From contig DASXVN010000046.1 of the NCBI GenBank assembly GCA_036504235.1, positions 138,812-202,811 on the forward strand: DNA of 64,000 bases, given 5' to 3'. How positions within the stretch are numbered: position 1 is the first letter of the stretch; each line of letters begins with the position of its first letter. Shown in pieces: positions 1-9,777 of this stretch. The position numbers and the translations under genes were made by a program. The notes below the pieces were generated by a model. That model was not told where the DNA came from, ran no database searches, and saw nothing but the letters and a program-made list of their open reading frames with translations. Origin of the DNA: Armatimonadota bacterium (GTDB lineage: Bacteria; Armatimonadota; Zipacnadia; Zipacnadales; Zipacnadaceae).

Positions 1-753
1 GAGGCGGGGCCCGCGACGCCGATGGCCTCCATATTGCCGCCCGCGCCGGAGGGGGCCTATCACGGCCCCGCCCGGGTGTCCGGCAGTCATTACACCCTCA
101 AGGTGCGCCAGCGGTTCGCCCCGGACTTCCCGGATGACGACCACCTGCCGGCGGGTGTGGATGTCTACCGCCGGGCGCTCGCCTCGGCGGCCGACGGCTC
201 GGTCGTGATCGTGAGCATCGGCTTGCTCGAGAACCTGCAGGACCTGGTGCAATCCCAGCCGGATGCGATCAGCAAACTGAGCGGGCTGGAGTTGGTGCGC
301 AAGAAGGTGCGGCAACTGGTCGTGATGGCCAACACGGTGCCTCAGGATGCCTACGTGGTGAGCAAATGGCCGACGAAGATCGTGTGGACCACCTTCATCG
401 GCACGACGCTGTCTACCGGCCGATCGCTGATCAGTACGCCGGAGAATAACCCGGTGCGCGTCGCCTACGCTCTGTTCGGCGACGAAAAGCACAACGCGCT
501 CCTGGATGGCCGCCAGAGCTGGGACCTCACCGCAGCTTGGCTGGCCGTGCGGGGCCCCGGCGAGCTCTGGGACGTCATCTCGGGAACCTGGCGAGTTGAC
601 CCCCCCGGCGGCTATGGCACCTGGATCGAGAGCCTCGATACAAGTCAGCTTCTGGCGATCACCAAAATGCCGAATGCGGAAGTAGTGAAGCGCCTCGAGG
701 CCGAGTTGTCCCGCCCGCCGCAACCCGACGCAGCCACGGGCGGCTCGGGGTAG
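1..753 (+). CDS. C-terminal fragment of a protein that enters from upstream of the window; weak resemblance to nucleoside-hydrolase-like (DUF1593-type) domains seen in glycan loci
   Basis: Frame 1 is open from nt 1 with no in-frame stop, and the ORF track lists 22..753. Function unassigned from sequence alone. Confidence 0.5.
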   Translation, partial: EAGPATPMASILPPAPEGAYHGPARVSGSHYTLKVRQRFAPDFPDDDHLPAGVDVYRRALASAADGSVVIVSIGLLENLQDLVQSQPDAISKLSGLELVRKKVRQLVVMANTVPQDAYVVSKWPTKIVWTTFIGTTLSTGRSLISTPENNPVRVAYALFGDEKHNALLDGRQSWDLTAAWLAVRGPGELWDVISGTWRVDPPGGYGTWIESLDTSQLLAITKMPNAEVVKRLEAELSRPPQPDAATGGSG

Positions 754-786
754 GCGGGCGAGGGGAATCTCAGCGCGACAGGCGAG

Positions 787-2691
787 GTGCGCATGAATCG
801 AGACCCGCGTTGGGCCCGAAGGTACCTCGAAACCGCTCGAAAGATGGGTCGCCACGACGCAGACATTGCGGCGCGGCTGAGGGAGGAAGGCTGGACCGAG
901 GCCGAGGCGCAGGCTTTCCTGCAACCGCTGCCGCCGGCCCCGCCGCCGCCCGGCGCGGTCGCCCGGACGGTCCTGTGGCTGCTGTTCGTGCTTGCCCTGT
1001 TCTGGCTGCTGGTGGTGCAGTCCGTGGTCATGTCAGGGCCTAACATACTTCGGTATCTGGGTTTGACGGCGCTGTTCACTGGGCTGACGGCGGTGGCCCT
1101 CCGCTGGCGAGGGGGGGCGCTGGTCGCGGCTTTGGCGGTCCTGGGCGGATTGGTGCTCTCGGGTCTGCCCCTCGCCTGGGGCAACGGCCATTTCCACGAC
1201 GTGCGCGAGCTATACCGGCACCCACTGGTGTGGATGGCGGTCGGGGGGGCTCCGCTGCTGGTGATCGTGGCTTGCCTGGTCGGTTCCTACCGCTGGGGCG
1301 GGCGAGGGGCCAGGCGGGCGCTGGCGGTGGCCTTGCTGGCAGTAGCCGTGATCACGGTCGCCGTGATCTTCCCGGTGTTCCATCGCGCCCGGGCCAAGGC
1401 CGGCAGCCCTAACTGCCTCTCCAACGTGAAGCAGTTGACGCTGGCCCTGATGATGTACGCCGGCGACAACGACGACCATCTGCCGCCCGCGCCGGATTGG
1501 CCGCAGCGCCTGCTGCCGTACACCAAGAACACTCAGCTCTTCGTCTGCCCGAATGACACCCACCCGCGGAAGTACCCGCAGCCGCCCGAGGCGCAGAGCT
1601 ACACCCTGAGTTTGGCGGCGAATGAACTGGGGCTGAAGGGCGTCACGGACCAGGGCGCGCTGGGTGTTATCTTTGACGGGACCGCCCTCCATGGCCTGGC
1701 GGAAACGGGGGCCTTTCGCCACAACGGGGGCGCCAACGTAGGCTACGCGGACGGGCACGCGAAGTGGATCGCGCAGCGCCAGTTCACGAATGCGCTGCTG
1801 TGGCCGCCGGGGCTGACCGTGGCCCCGCTGCGTGCGCCCGAGGACCTGCCGCCGATCGCCACCACCGCGCCGGAGGGGAAGCCGCTGTCCCCGGCGGAGT
1901 CCGTCCGCCGCATGCTCAAGCCGGAGCAGGTCCAGGCCCTGCAGCGCGTGGCGAACGCGCCCGCGGCCAACGCTCCGACCGAGGCGGTGGCTCATCTGAA
2001 GCTCACCGCGCCCGCCGAGATCTGGACTGGCGACACCTACACGCTGTCGGCCGCGGGCAGCTATGAGCTGCCGCCGGCCCTCGCGCAGGAGGTCTTGGAG
2101 GGCCGCTGGCTGGTATCCGAGCGTTATCATCAGGGGCAGGTGTTTGGCGCTCCCGTCTCGGGCGATTACCAGCATTACACCCTCCAAGCCCGCCCCTGGG
2201 ATCGCGGCGGTCCGCAAGTCACGAACACTTTCATCTACGAGGCTACCCTCGCGCCGGTGCTGGGGGGCGCGCATGCTCCCCGGACTCGGTACCTCCGGGC
2301 GGAAGCGACGGCTACCTCGCGGTACCGGCAGTTTAGGGTGCGTCTGCGGGAGCCGACCGACGGGCCTCGTTTCCGGACGCGGGCGGGAGTCGCCGTACCC
2401 TTCCTGGCCGCGTACCGTCTGGATACAGAGGGTCTCCAGCCGCCGCCCGCGGTGCAGTGGTCCTGGCGCTTTGGCGACGGGGGCACGGCGGAGGGCCGCT
2501 CGGTAAGCCATGTCTTCTCGCGGCCGGGGAGCTACTGGGTGGTCGGTGCGGCCCTCTGCGGCCCGCGTCGCCTGGAGGTCTGGTTGCCGGTGAGCGTGGA
2601 CCCCTGGTACGGACTGTGGCCGCACTATCCCGACGCGAAGCCGGGCCCCCAGTGGTCCCCTGGCTACCAGATGGCAGCGCCCGGCAACTAG
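787..2691 (+). CDS. DUF1559 / H-X9-DG prepilin-like domain protein with a polytopic membrane N-terminus and a C-terminal PKD-like domain
   Basis: GTG at 787, with an ATG at 793 after GAGGTG. About five hydrophobic helices precede 'FPVFHRARAKAGSPNCLSNVKQLTLALMMYAGDNDDHLP', which is the DUF1559 core, and 'GGANVGYADGHAKWI' is the H-X9-DG motif. The C-terminus has a PKD signature 'WSWRFGDGGTAEGRSVSHVFSRPGSYWVV'. Confidence 0.8.
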   Translation: MRMNRDPRWARRYLETARKMGRHDADIAARLREEGWTEAEAQAFLQPLPPAPPPPGAVARTVLWLLFVLALFWLLVVQSVVMSGPNILRYLGLTALFTGLTAVALRWRGGALVAALAVLGGLVLSGLPLAWGNGHFHDVRELYRHPLVWMAVGGAPLLVIVACLVGSYRWGGRGARRALAVALLAVAVITVAVIFPVFHRARAKAGSPNCLSNVKQLTLALMMYAGDNDDHLPPAPDWPQRLLPYTKNTQLFVCPNDTHPRKYPQPPEAQSYTLSLAANELGLKGVTDQGALGVIFDGTALHGLAETGAFRHNGGANVGYADGHAKWIAQRQFTNALLWPPGLTVAPLRAPEDLPPIATTAPEGKPLSPAESVRRMLKPEQVQALQRVANAPAANAPTEAVAHLKLTAPAEIWTGDTYTLSAAGSYELPPALAQEVLEGRWLVSERYHQGQVFGAPVSGDYQHYTLQARPWDRGGPQVTNTFIYEATLAPVLGGAHAPRTRYLRAEATATSRYRQFRVRLREPTDGPRFRTRAGVAVPFLAAYRLDTEGLQPPPAVQWSWRFGDGGTAEGRSVSHVFSRPGSYWVVGAALCGPRRLEVWLPVSVDPWYGLWPHYPDAKPGPQWSPGYQMAAPGN

Positions 2692-2766
2692 CCGGGCTAG
2701 AGCAACCGCCAGGTCGGGCGGGGCGACAGAAAGGAGTTCGGGTCCCGGACGGAGTACCTCCCTGGC

Positions 2767-5628
2767 ATGACTACCATGAACGGCGAGTGGCGGTTGGCGC
2801 CTGATCCGCGCAATGAAGGTCGCGAGCAAGGCTATGCCCGGGCGGTGCCCTCGGAGGCCCAGAGTGCGCCGGTGCCGGGGATTATCCAGCAGGTCTTTCC
2901 CCGGTCGCATGGGGTCTTCTGGTACTATCATCGTTTCACGGGGCCGCCCCCTCCGGGCCGCCAGGAGCGGGCGCTGCTGCGCTTCGGGATGGTGGACTAC
3001 CTCGCCGAGGTCTGGCTGAATGGCCAGTTCGTCGGGGGGCACGAGGGCGGCGAGACGCCGTTTGACCTGGACGTCACTGCGGCGCTGCAGCCCGAGGGGG
3101 AGAATCTGCTGGCGGTGCGCGTGCTCAACCCCGACAACAGCGGGATTGACGGCATCCGCCTCGACGAAACTCCCCATCGTAACAAGCGCTGCGCCGACGT
3201 GTACCGGCCGGGGGACGGCTACAATACGGGCGGCATCCTGCTGCCGGTAGTCCTGGAGACCGTACCGGCCGTGTGGATCACGGACGTGTTTGCGCGGGCG
3301 GAAGGCGACGTGGTGCGGCTGACCGTGACCGTGCAGAACAGTACCGGGCAGGCGGCGGCCGGGGACCTCGCCACCGCGATCGCCCCCGGCGCGGGCGGGC
3401 GTTCTCTGGCCGCCGAGGAGCTAACCCTCACCGCGCCGCCTGGGACGAGCACGCACGAGCTGGCTCTGGCCGTGGCCGACCCGCGCCGGTGGGACTTGGA
3501 CGATCCTTACCTGTACCGGGCCTCGGTGGCGCTGACCGCGCGCCTGGGCTCCGACTCCCTCCGCCATGACTACAGCGTGCGCTTTGGCTTCCGCGAGTTG
3601 CGCGTGGGGGACGGGTTCTTCGTGCTGAACGGCCGCCGCCTGTTCCTGCGTTCGACCCACACGGGGAACCACTGCCCGATTGGGCAAGTGGTGCCGCCGG
3701 AGCCGGGGTTCCTGCGCAAAGACCTGCTTATGGCCAAGGCGGCGGGGTACAACACGGTGCGCTTCATCTCCGGCGTGGCCTATCCCGAGCAGCTCGACCT
3801 CTGCGACGAGATCGGGCTCATGGTCTACGAGGAATGCTATGCGGGCTGGCTGCTGGGCGAATCGCCGGAGATGAAGCGGCGGTTCGACTTTTCCGTCCGC
3901 GAGATGGTCCAGCGCGACCGCAACCACCCCTCGGTGACGATCTGGGGCCTGCTGAATGAGACGACCGACAACAGCGTCTTCCGCCACGCCGTAGAAAGCT
4001 TGGCGGCGCTCCGGGCGCTGGACCCGACGCGGCTGGTGCTGCTGAGCAGCGGCCGGTGGGACCAGGACCTGAGTATCGGCTCGGTGAGCAACCCCGGCAG
4101 CCCCGAGTGGGAGCCGGTCTGGGGCGGCGAGGGCCCCGGCGAGCCGACCGGCGACTGGGATCTGGTTCTCACCTCGCCCGCCGACCGCCGCGGCGACCTG
4201 CACATGTACCCGAGGCTCCCCCAGTCGCCGGAAGACGACCGGATTGTCCGGGAGATCGGGGCGGGGGAGAAGCCGGTGTTTCTCTCCGAGTACGGCATCG
4301 GCAGCCAGTTCAACGCGGTGGACGAACTGCGCGATTTCGACCGGTTTGCGGCGCGGGAGGACCTCATCGACCGGAGCATGATCCGCTCGTGGGTCGAGCG
4401 CCTGCAGGGGGATTTCGCCCGGTGGGGCCTGGAGGGGGTCTTTGCCTTCCCCGAGGACTTCTTCCGTGCCAGCTACCGGCACATGGTGGCGCAGCGGCGT
4501 CGGGCCTTTGACCTGATCCGCTCCAACCCACAGATCTGTGGCTACAACCTGACCGGCATGCTCGACCACGCGCTGACCGGGGAAGGCATATGGAGCCTGT
4601 GGCGCACCTGGAAACCGGGCGCCCTCGACATGATGCAGGACGGCTGGGCGCCGCTGCGCTGGTGCCTGTTCGTCTCGCCAGTCCACGCGCATGCGGGGCG
4701 GCCAGTGCAGATCGAGGCGGTGCTGGCCAATGAGGACGTGCTCGCGGCGGGCGAGTACCCGGTGTTGTTCCGGGTGTTCGGCTCGCGCTCCGGGGTGGTC
4801 TGGGAGCGGGAGACGGTCGTGAGGATAGTGGCCGGAGCGGGGGAGCAGGCCGGGCCCCTGGCGGTGCCGGTGCTGAGCGAGACGCTGCTGGAGGGGCTGG
4901 CCGCCGACGAGTATGTGCTGGCGGCGCACCTGGTCCGGGGCGCCACCCCGCGCGGGGATCGCCTGGCCTTCCGGGTGTCGGAGCCGGTCCCGGCGCGGGA
5001 CGACGAGTGTTCCGTGCAGCACGTGGGACTCGATCCCGCGACCCTGGCGTGGCTGGCCGCGCGAGGGGTAGCGGGCACAACCTTTGCACCCGCAGCGGGC
5101 GGACCGCCGGTCGTTCTGGTCGGTGCGGTGCCTTGCGGGGAGACGCCGGCCGCAACGTGGGAGGCCTTGCGCGAGCACGCGGACGCCGGCGGCACGGTGG
5201 TCTTCCTGTCCGCCGCGCCCTTCCTCGCCGGGCCCGCCGAGGGCGCCCCGCCCCCGGTCTTGCCGCTGGGCGACGCGGTGCAGGCCCGCACCTTCTGGGA
5301 TTGGCTTTACCACAAGGAAATCGTGGCCCAGCCGCATGCCCTGTTCGGGGGACTGCCCACCGGACTGCTCGACTGGAGCTACTATGGGCAGGTGTGGACG
5401 CACGAGGTCTTCGACTGCCGCGAGACGCCGGCGGAAGTGGCGGCGGCGTCCCTGGCGGTGGGCTACGCCTGCCCAAGCGGCTACGATAGCGGGGTGGTCA
5501 TGGCCGTCTATCACTACGGGCAGGGCCGCGTGATCGTCAACTCCATGCGGGTGCTGGAGGAACTCGACCGCCATCCGGCCGCCGACCAGCTACTGCTGAA
5601 TCTGATTAGCGTGGCGGGTCAGGGCTGA
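2767..5628 (+). CDS. glycoside hydrolase family 2 (beta-galactosidase/beta-mannosidase-like) with a C-terminal GATase1-like module
   Basis: GH2 sugar-binding domain 'VWLNGQFVGGHEGGETPFDLDVTAAL..NLLAVRV'. TIM-barrel acid/base region 'IWGLLNETTD'. C-terminus 'WEALREHADAGGTVVFLSAAPF' resembles a beta-gal trimerisation / class I GATase-like fold. 953 aa. Confidence 0.85.
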   Translation: MTTMNGEWRLAPDPRNEGREQGYARAVPSEAQSAPVPGIIQQVFPRSHGVFWYYHRFTGPPPPGRQERALLRFGMVDYLAEVWLNGQFVGGHEGGETPFDLDVTAALQPEGENLLAVRVLNPDNSGIDGIRLDETPHRNKRCADVYRPGDGYNTGGILLPVVLETVPAVWITDVFARAEGDVVRLTVTVQNSTGQAAAGDLATAIAPGAGGRSLAAEELTLTAPPGTSTHELALAVADPRRWDLDDPYLYRASVALTARLGSDSLRHDYSVRFGFRELRVGDGFFVLNGRRLFLRSTHTGNHCPIGQVVPPEPGFLRKDLLMAKAAGYNTVRFISGVAYPEQLDLCDEIGLMVYEECYAGWLLGESPEMKRRFDFSVREMVQRDRNHPSVTIWGLLNETTDNSVFRHAVESLAALRALDPTRLVLLSSGRWDQDLSIGSVSNPGSPEWEPVWGGEGPGEPTGDWDLVLTSPADRRGDLHMYPRLPQSPEDDRIVREIGAGEKPVFLSEYGIGSQFNAVDELRDFDRFAAREDLIDRSMIRSWVERLQGDFARWGLEGVFAFPEDFFRASYRHMVAQRRRAFDLIRSNPQICGYNLTGMLDHALTGEGIWSLWRTWKPGALDMMQDGWAPLRWCLFVSPVHAHAGRPVQIEAVLANEDVLAAGEYPVLFRVFGSRSGVVWERETVVRIVAGAGEQAGPLAVPVLSETLLEGLAADEYVLAAHLVRGATPRGDRLAFRVSEPVPARDDECSVQHVGLDPATLAWLAARGVAGTTFAPAAGGPPVVLVGAVPCGETPAATWEALREHADAGGTVVFLSAAPFLAGPAEGAPPPVLPLGDAVQARTFWDWLYHKEIVAQPHALFGGLPTGLLDWSYYGQVWTHEVFDCRETPAEVAAASLAVGYACPSGYDSGVVMAVYHYGQGRVIVNSMRVLEELDRHPAADQLLLNLISVAGQG

Positions 5629-5801
5629 ACGACCCGCGGGGAGCGGGCGCAGGTGCCCGGGGCGCAGGGGGGGAAAGAATCTAGCGACGGGGCAGAGCCC
5701 CCGTCTCCCTGAATTCCCCTCCCGCGAGCCTCGTCGTCGAAGTGTGCAACGACGCATATCCGGCGCGGGGAGGGGGCTTATTCGCAGAAAGGCGAGCGCA
5801 C

Positions 5802-8800
5802 ATGAAAACTTCCCTTCGACTGGCACTTCTAGTGACGGTGGCGCTGGGCGCGGTGGCGCAGGTGGCGGCGGCCCCGGCGGCCGCGCGTCTCCCGGTGGCC
5901 GAGATCGCCCGCAAACTGGGCGCCGGCTACACGCAGGTGAGGCAGGAGGCGATCCCGGCACGGAAGCTGCGCGGTTTCGGCGAGCTGGCGGGCGATTTCG
6001 TAGTGTACCAGTCGGCCGCCGGGCAAGGCTCCCTGCTGGCGATCTCGTGCGCGGACGTCGCCAAGGCCAAGATCGTGCACGCCAAGTACCTCAGCGATCT
6101 GCATCTGGTGCTGGCGGTCCAGGATGAGACGGTGTCGGTCGGCACGGTGGCGGTGCCGGCGGTAGACGTACCGGATCAGGGGATGATCGCGGCTTTCCGC
6201 CAGGGCGCCGTGGTGTACATCGCCGCCGGCACGGACCGGACACAGCTCGCGGCCCTGCTCGGCGCGGTGCCGCTGGCGGGGGCGGAACTGACGCCCACCG
6301 GCGAGGTCCCGCTGTATCTGGATTCCTGGGACCGGCATGGCTTCACTTTCTACTACTACAGCACCTTCGGCACGCCTCCTCCCAAGCCGGGGGAGAAGCC
6401 GACTCCGTGGAAGGATTACCACGTGCTGGGGGAGTTCGACTTCGCCAAGCAGTATGGCAACGGCTTCGTCTTCTGGCAGAACGAAGATAAGTGCGATTTT
6501 GCTGAGGGAATGGACAATAACCAGATGTGGGCGTACGGCCAGCGCGCCTGCGCGAACCGAGGCCTGCCGGTAATGCTCAACACCACCCTGGCCGACGCGA
6601 CCTGGCTGGTCAATCGCTACCGGGACGACACCCAGTGGAAGATGCCGGGCTATGTGGGCGGCTTCTACACCCCCGCCGACGCCGGGCACGCGGGCATGGG
6701 GCACCTGGCCTGGAGCGCCTACGAGGGCCTGGACGCGGTGCTCTCGGTCATGCAGAAGACCTGGCACGAGTACGCGCAGCAGCCGACCACTACCGAGTAC
6801 ATGGAGCCGCATTGCGAGGTGCGTCATGGCGAGCACGATATCCTCAACGAGTATGGCCCCAGCGCGGACCGGTCCTACCGGGAGTACCTCAAGGAGAAGT
6901 ACGCCACGCCGGCCGCGGTCGGGCAGCGTTGGTACGGCAAGCCCGAGTGGGTGCGCACCTGGAACGACGTCCGCGTCCCGGAGCTAGTGCATTTCTTCGG
7001 CTATACCAGCCGCGCCCTGGACCTGAGCGGCGACTGGCAGGTCAAGTATGAGGACTTCCAGGACGGCAAGGGCATGCCCACCGTTCCCGCAACGGAGGAC
7101 TGGTACCTGCCGGCCACCCCGGACGCAGACTGGACCACGGTGAGCGCCCCAGACTCGGATATCGCCATGTTCCTCCCGCGCCGTCCGGCTATCTGGCGGC
7201 GTCACTTCACCGTCCCCGCTGCCTGGAAGGCCGACAAGCCCAAGGTGTGGCTGTATGTCTTCTCCCTGAATCGCGGTAATCGAGAGCCCGCGCCGGTCTA
7301 CCTCAATGGCCGGCAGGTGGCCGAGCCGACCGTGACCGGCTCGCCGAGTTGGACCGTGGTGGAGGTCAGCGAGTCCCTGCAGGTGGGTGACAACCTGCTG
7401 GCTCTGCGCTTACCCCGCAATTTCCTCGGCTACCGCGCCTACCTGACCAGCGTGCCGCCGGCGACGTATCCCTACCTGGGGGAGCAACTCAACGCGCAGT
7501 GGGCCGATTTCGTCCGCTGGCTGGCCTGGGTGCACCAGCGGGCCATCCGCCGCAGCATGGAGGCGATGCGCGAGGAGGATCCCGACCGTTCGATCATCCT
7601 GGCCTCGCCCGACTCCTTCATCACGCAGATCGAGGAACTCGCTCAGGACTACGGCGGCCACTTCCACAACACCGGCTATATGGCCGGCTGGTGGGCCGAG
7701 CCGCTACCGATGATGATGCGCGCCGCCGACCTGCCCTTCTCCGCCGAACCGGGCAACCCCGCGCACAGCCTGCCCGAGTTCAAGGCCTTCCTCGGCAACT
7801 GGCTAACCGAGGGCGTCAACTCCATTCACTACTTCATCCATGTCGGCGATATCTACTGGAACGACGAAATCCGCACCTGGTTCGAGCAGCATCAAGCGAT
7901 CATCGGCGCGTTTGGCAAGCTGCACGTCCCCAAGGGCCCGGTGGCCATGCTTTACGGGGACGACGTGACCAACCTCACCGGCTGGCCGATGGGCGGGGAG
8001 GCCTCAGGCTACGTGCCCTTCCAGCTCAACGTGGACCTGCACAAGGAATACCACATGGACGGCGTCTCGCTGCAGGACTTCCGGCGGGGTTTCGCGGACG
8101 GCTACCGGGTGGTGGTGGACACCAACACTACCATCATGGACCCCGCGGCGGTAAGTGACCTCGAGGCCTGGGTCCGGCGAGGCGGCGTGTTTGTCACCAT
8201 GGGCAATACCGGGCGCCATACCCCGGAGCAGGCCGACAGTTGGCCGATCAGCCGGCTTACCGGCTACCAGGTGACCGAGATCACGACCTACAACAACTCC
8301 CGGACCATGTCCTTCGCCCCCGGGGAGCCGGTCTTCAACGAGCCCACCTGGGACGCCAATCTCCTGCGCAGTTGCGGCCAAGTGCTCGTGCCGACCTCAC
8401 CGGACTGCACTCCGCTGCTGCTCTGGCCGGACGGCAAGGTCGCCCTCGGCATGCGCAAGATCGGCGAGGGCTACGTCATCAACGTCGGCTGCGGCTGGCG
8501 CAATCCGCTCTTGCTGCGTCAGATTTTCACCTGGCTAAAGCTGCCGCAGATCCCCGGCTACTGCGACCAGGCCCGGATCAACTCCACCCACCAGGTCAGC
8601 AACAACGGCCTCTACGACGTGTGGATCGCCTGGAATCAGGAGCAGAAGGACAGCACCACCAACCTCGTCTTCCGCGATACGCCCCCGGCGTATTGCGTGG
8701 ACCTGCAGACGCAGGAGAAGCTGGTCCCGACGGTCGAGAACGGGGTAGCGAAGCTCACGGGTCTGGCCTTCGGGCCCGGCGACATCCGCATCTTTGCCGC

Positions 8801-9722
8801 CCCGCGCCGGCAGATGGCCGCGGCGCCGCTGGACTGGCTCAACCTGCAGCGCGGCTGGTGGCGCGGGACCACCGCGCCCAGCCGCAAGGTGCCGACCTAC
8901 CAGGCGCGTTTCGCCCTGAACCTCAACGAGCAGTGGCGCATGCAGCCCCTGGAGGACACGGACGCGAGCGACCACGCCGCCCTGGCCGCGCCGGGGCTGG
9001 ACGATAAGACCTGGAAGCTGGCGCCGCTGGGCCCCTGGCTGGTGCCGGAGGACCTGCCCACGCACCGCGCCTTCTTCCGCAAGCAGTTCAGCGTGCCCGC
9101 GAACTGGAACCACGGGGAGATTGACCTGTGGATCAAGAGCTGGATGAACGAAGTCGTCTCGGGTCGCCTGCGCGTGTGGCTGGACGGCACGGAGATTCTG
9201 GCCGCGGGGCGCCAGATCACGGGGCAGGACCTGACGGCGCAACTCCCGGCGGGGACGGCGCACCTGCTGGCGGTCGAGGTAATGAGCGAGGGCGAGGTCG
9301 CCGGCTGCTGGGGCAATACCTGGCTGGCCTACCTGCCCACGCCGCCCGCGAAGCTGGACCTCGCGGGGCCGTGGACGCCCTCCGCGGGCGGCCTGACCTG
9401 GCAGGACCCGATCACCGTGCCGGGCCCGCTAGGCAAGGCGACGATGATTAAGCGCCGGATTATGGTCAACCAACCGGCGGGGCAGACGGTGATGCTGTTC
9501 ACGGAGACCGACGACCGCTGCAGCAGCATCGGCGCGCTGGTCAACGGGCACTGGGTCCGGCGGCACCACCACATCCTCGGGAAGCGAACGTACCTGAACA
9601 TCACCCCGTGGATCAAGTTCGGCCAGGAGAACGAGTTCCTGATCCCCTGCAACAATGGTGAGGGGAAGGGAGCTTTCACGACGCTGGAGTTGCGTTTCTT
9701 CCCGGCCGGGACGGCGCCCTAG
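5802..9722 (+). CDS. giant secreted glycoside-hydrolase-like protein, distantly GH42-like, with a GATase1-like module; paralog of 12308..16156
   Basis: ATG 5802 follows GAAAGG, and the signal peptide is 'MKTSLRLALLVTVALGAVAQVAAA'. 'YREYLKEKYATPAAVGQRWYG' resembles the GH42 motif. 'LEAWVRRGGVFVTMGNTG' matches the trimerisation-like module. Clear paralogy with the 12308..16156 protein ('YMEPHCEV.../WLEPHGEI...'). Confidence 0.75.
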   Translation: MKTSLRLALLVTVALGAVAQVAAAPAAARLPVAEIARKLGAGYTQVRQEAIPARKLRGFGELAGDFVVYQSAAGQGSLLAISCADVAKAKIVHAKYLSDLHLVLAVQDETVSVGTVAVPAVDVPDQGMIAAFRQGAVVYIAAGTDRTQLAALLGAVPLAGAELTPTGEVPLYLDSWDRHGFTFYYYSTFGTPPPKPGEKPTPWKDYHVLGEFDFAKQYGNGFVFWQNEDKCDFAEGMDNNQMWAYGQRACANRGLPVMLNTTLADATWLVNRYRDDTQWKMPGYVGGFYTPADAGHAGMGHLAWSAYEGLDAVLSVMQKTWHEYAQQPTTTEYMEPHCEVRHGEHDILNEYGPSADRSYREYLKEKYATPAAVGQRWYGKPEWVRTWNDVRVPELVHFFGYTSRALDLSGDWQVKYEDFQDGKGMPTVPATEDWYLPATPDADWTTVSAPDSDIAMFLPRRPAIWRRHFTVPAAWKADKPKVWLYVFSLNRGNREPAPVYLNGRQVAEPTVTGSPSWTVVEVSESLQVGDNLLALRLPRNFLGYRAYLTSVPPATYPYLGEQLNAQWADFVRWLAWVHQRAIRRSMEAMREEDPDRSIILASPDSFITQIEELAQDYGGHFHNTGYMAGWWAEPLPMMMRAADLPFSAEPGNPAHSLPEFKAFLGNWLTEGVNSIHYFIHVGDIYWNDEIRTWFEQHQAIIGAFGKLHVPKGPVAMLYGDDVTNLTGWPMGGEASGYVPFQLNVDLHKEYHMDGVSLQDFRRGFADGYRVVVDTNTTIMDPAAVSDLEAWVRRGGVFVTMGNTGRHTPEQADSWPISRLTGYQVTEITTYNNSRTMSFAPGEPVFNEPTWDANLLRSCGQVLVPTSPDCTPLLLWPDGKVALGMRKIGEGYVINVGCGWRNPLLLRQIFTWLKLPQIPGYCDQARINSTHQVSNNGLYDVWIAWNQEQKDSTTNLVFRDTPPAYCVDLQTQEKLVPTVENGVAKLTGLAFGPGDIRIFAAPRRQMAAAPLDWLNLQRGWWRGTTAPSRKVPTYQARFALNLNEQWRMQPLEDTDASDHAALAAPGLDDKTWKLAPLGPWLVPEDLPTHRAFFRKQFSVPANWNHGEIDLWIKSWMNEVVSGRLRVWLDGTEILAAGRQITGQDLTAQLPAGTAHLLAVEVMSEGEVAGCWGNTWLAYLPTPPAKLDLAGPWTPSAGGLTWQDPITVPGPLGKATMIKRRIMVNQPAGQTVMLFTETDDRCSSIGALVNGHWVRRHHHILGKRTYLNITPWIKFGQENEFLIPCNNGEGKGAFTTLELRFFPAGTAP

Positions 9723-9726
9723 GCGG

Positions 9727-9771
9727 CGCGGCGGCAGCAGGGTTCTAGCCGTGGTCTCTCCTGCCGCCGCG
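9727..9771. terminator. GC-rich hairpin between convergent genes (possible bidirectional terminator without a U-tract)
   Basis: 11-bp stem cgcggcggcag/ctgccgccgcg (9727-9737 and 9761-9771) with a 23-nt loop. It sits 5 nt after the + strand stop and 7 nt before the - strand stop. Confidence 0.4.
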
Positions 9772-9777
9772 GAACCG

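Noticed and set aside
1210-3177. 655-aa ORF on the minus strand
   Set aside because: Antisense to the DUF1559 and GH2 genes. The Arg/Pro/Gly-rich low-complexity translation is typical of GC-driven spurious ORFs.
3421-5574. 717-aa minus-strand ORF, plus nested ORFs 4364..5476 and 4542..5291
   Set aside because: Entirely antisense to the well-supported GH2 gene, with Arg/Pro-rich composition and no start-site support.
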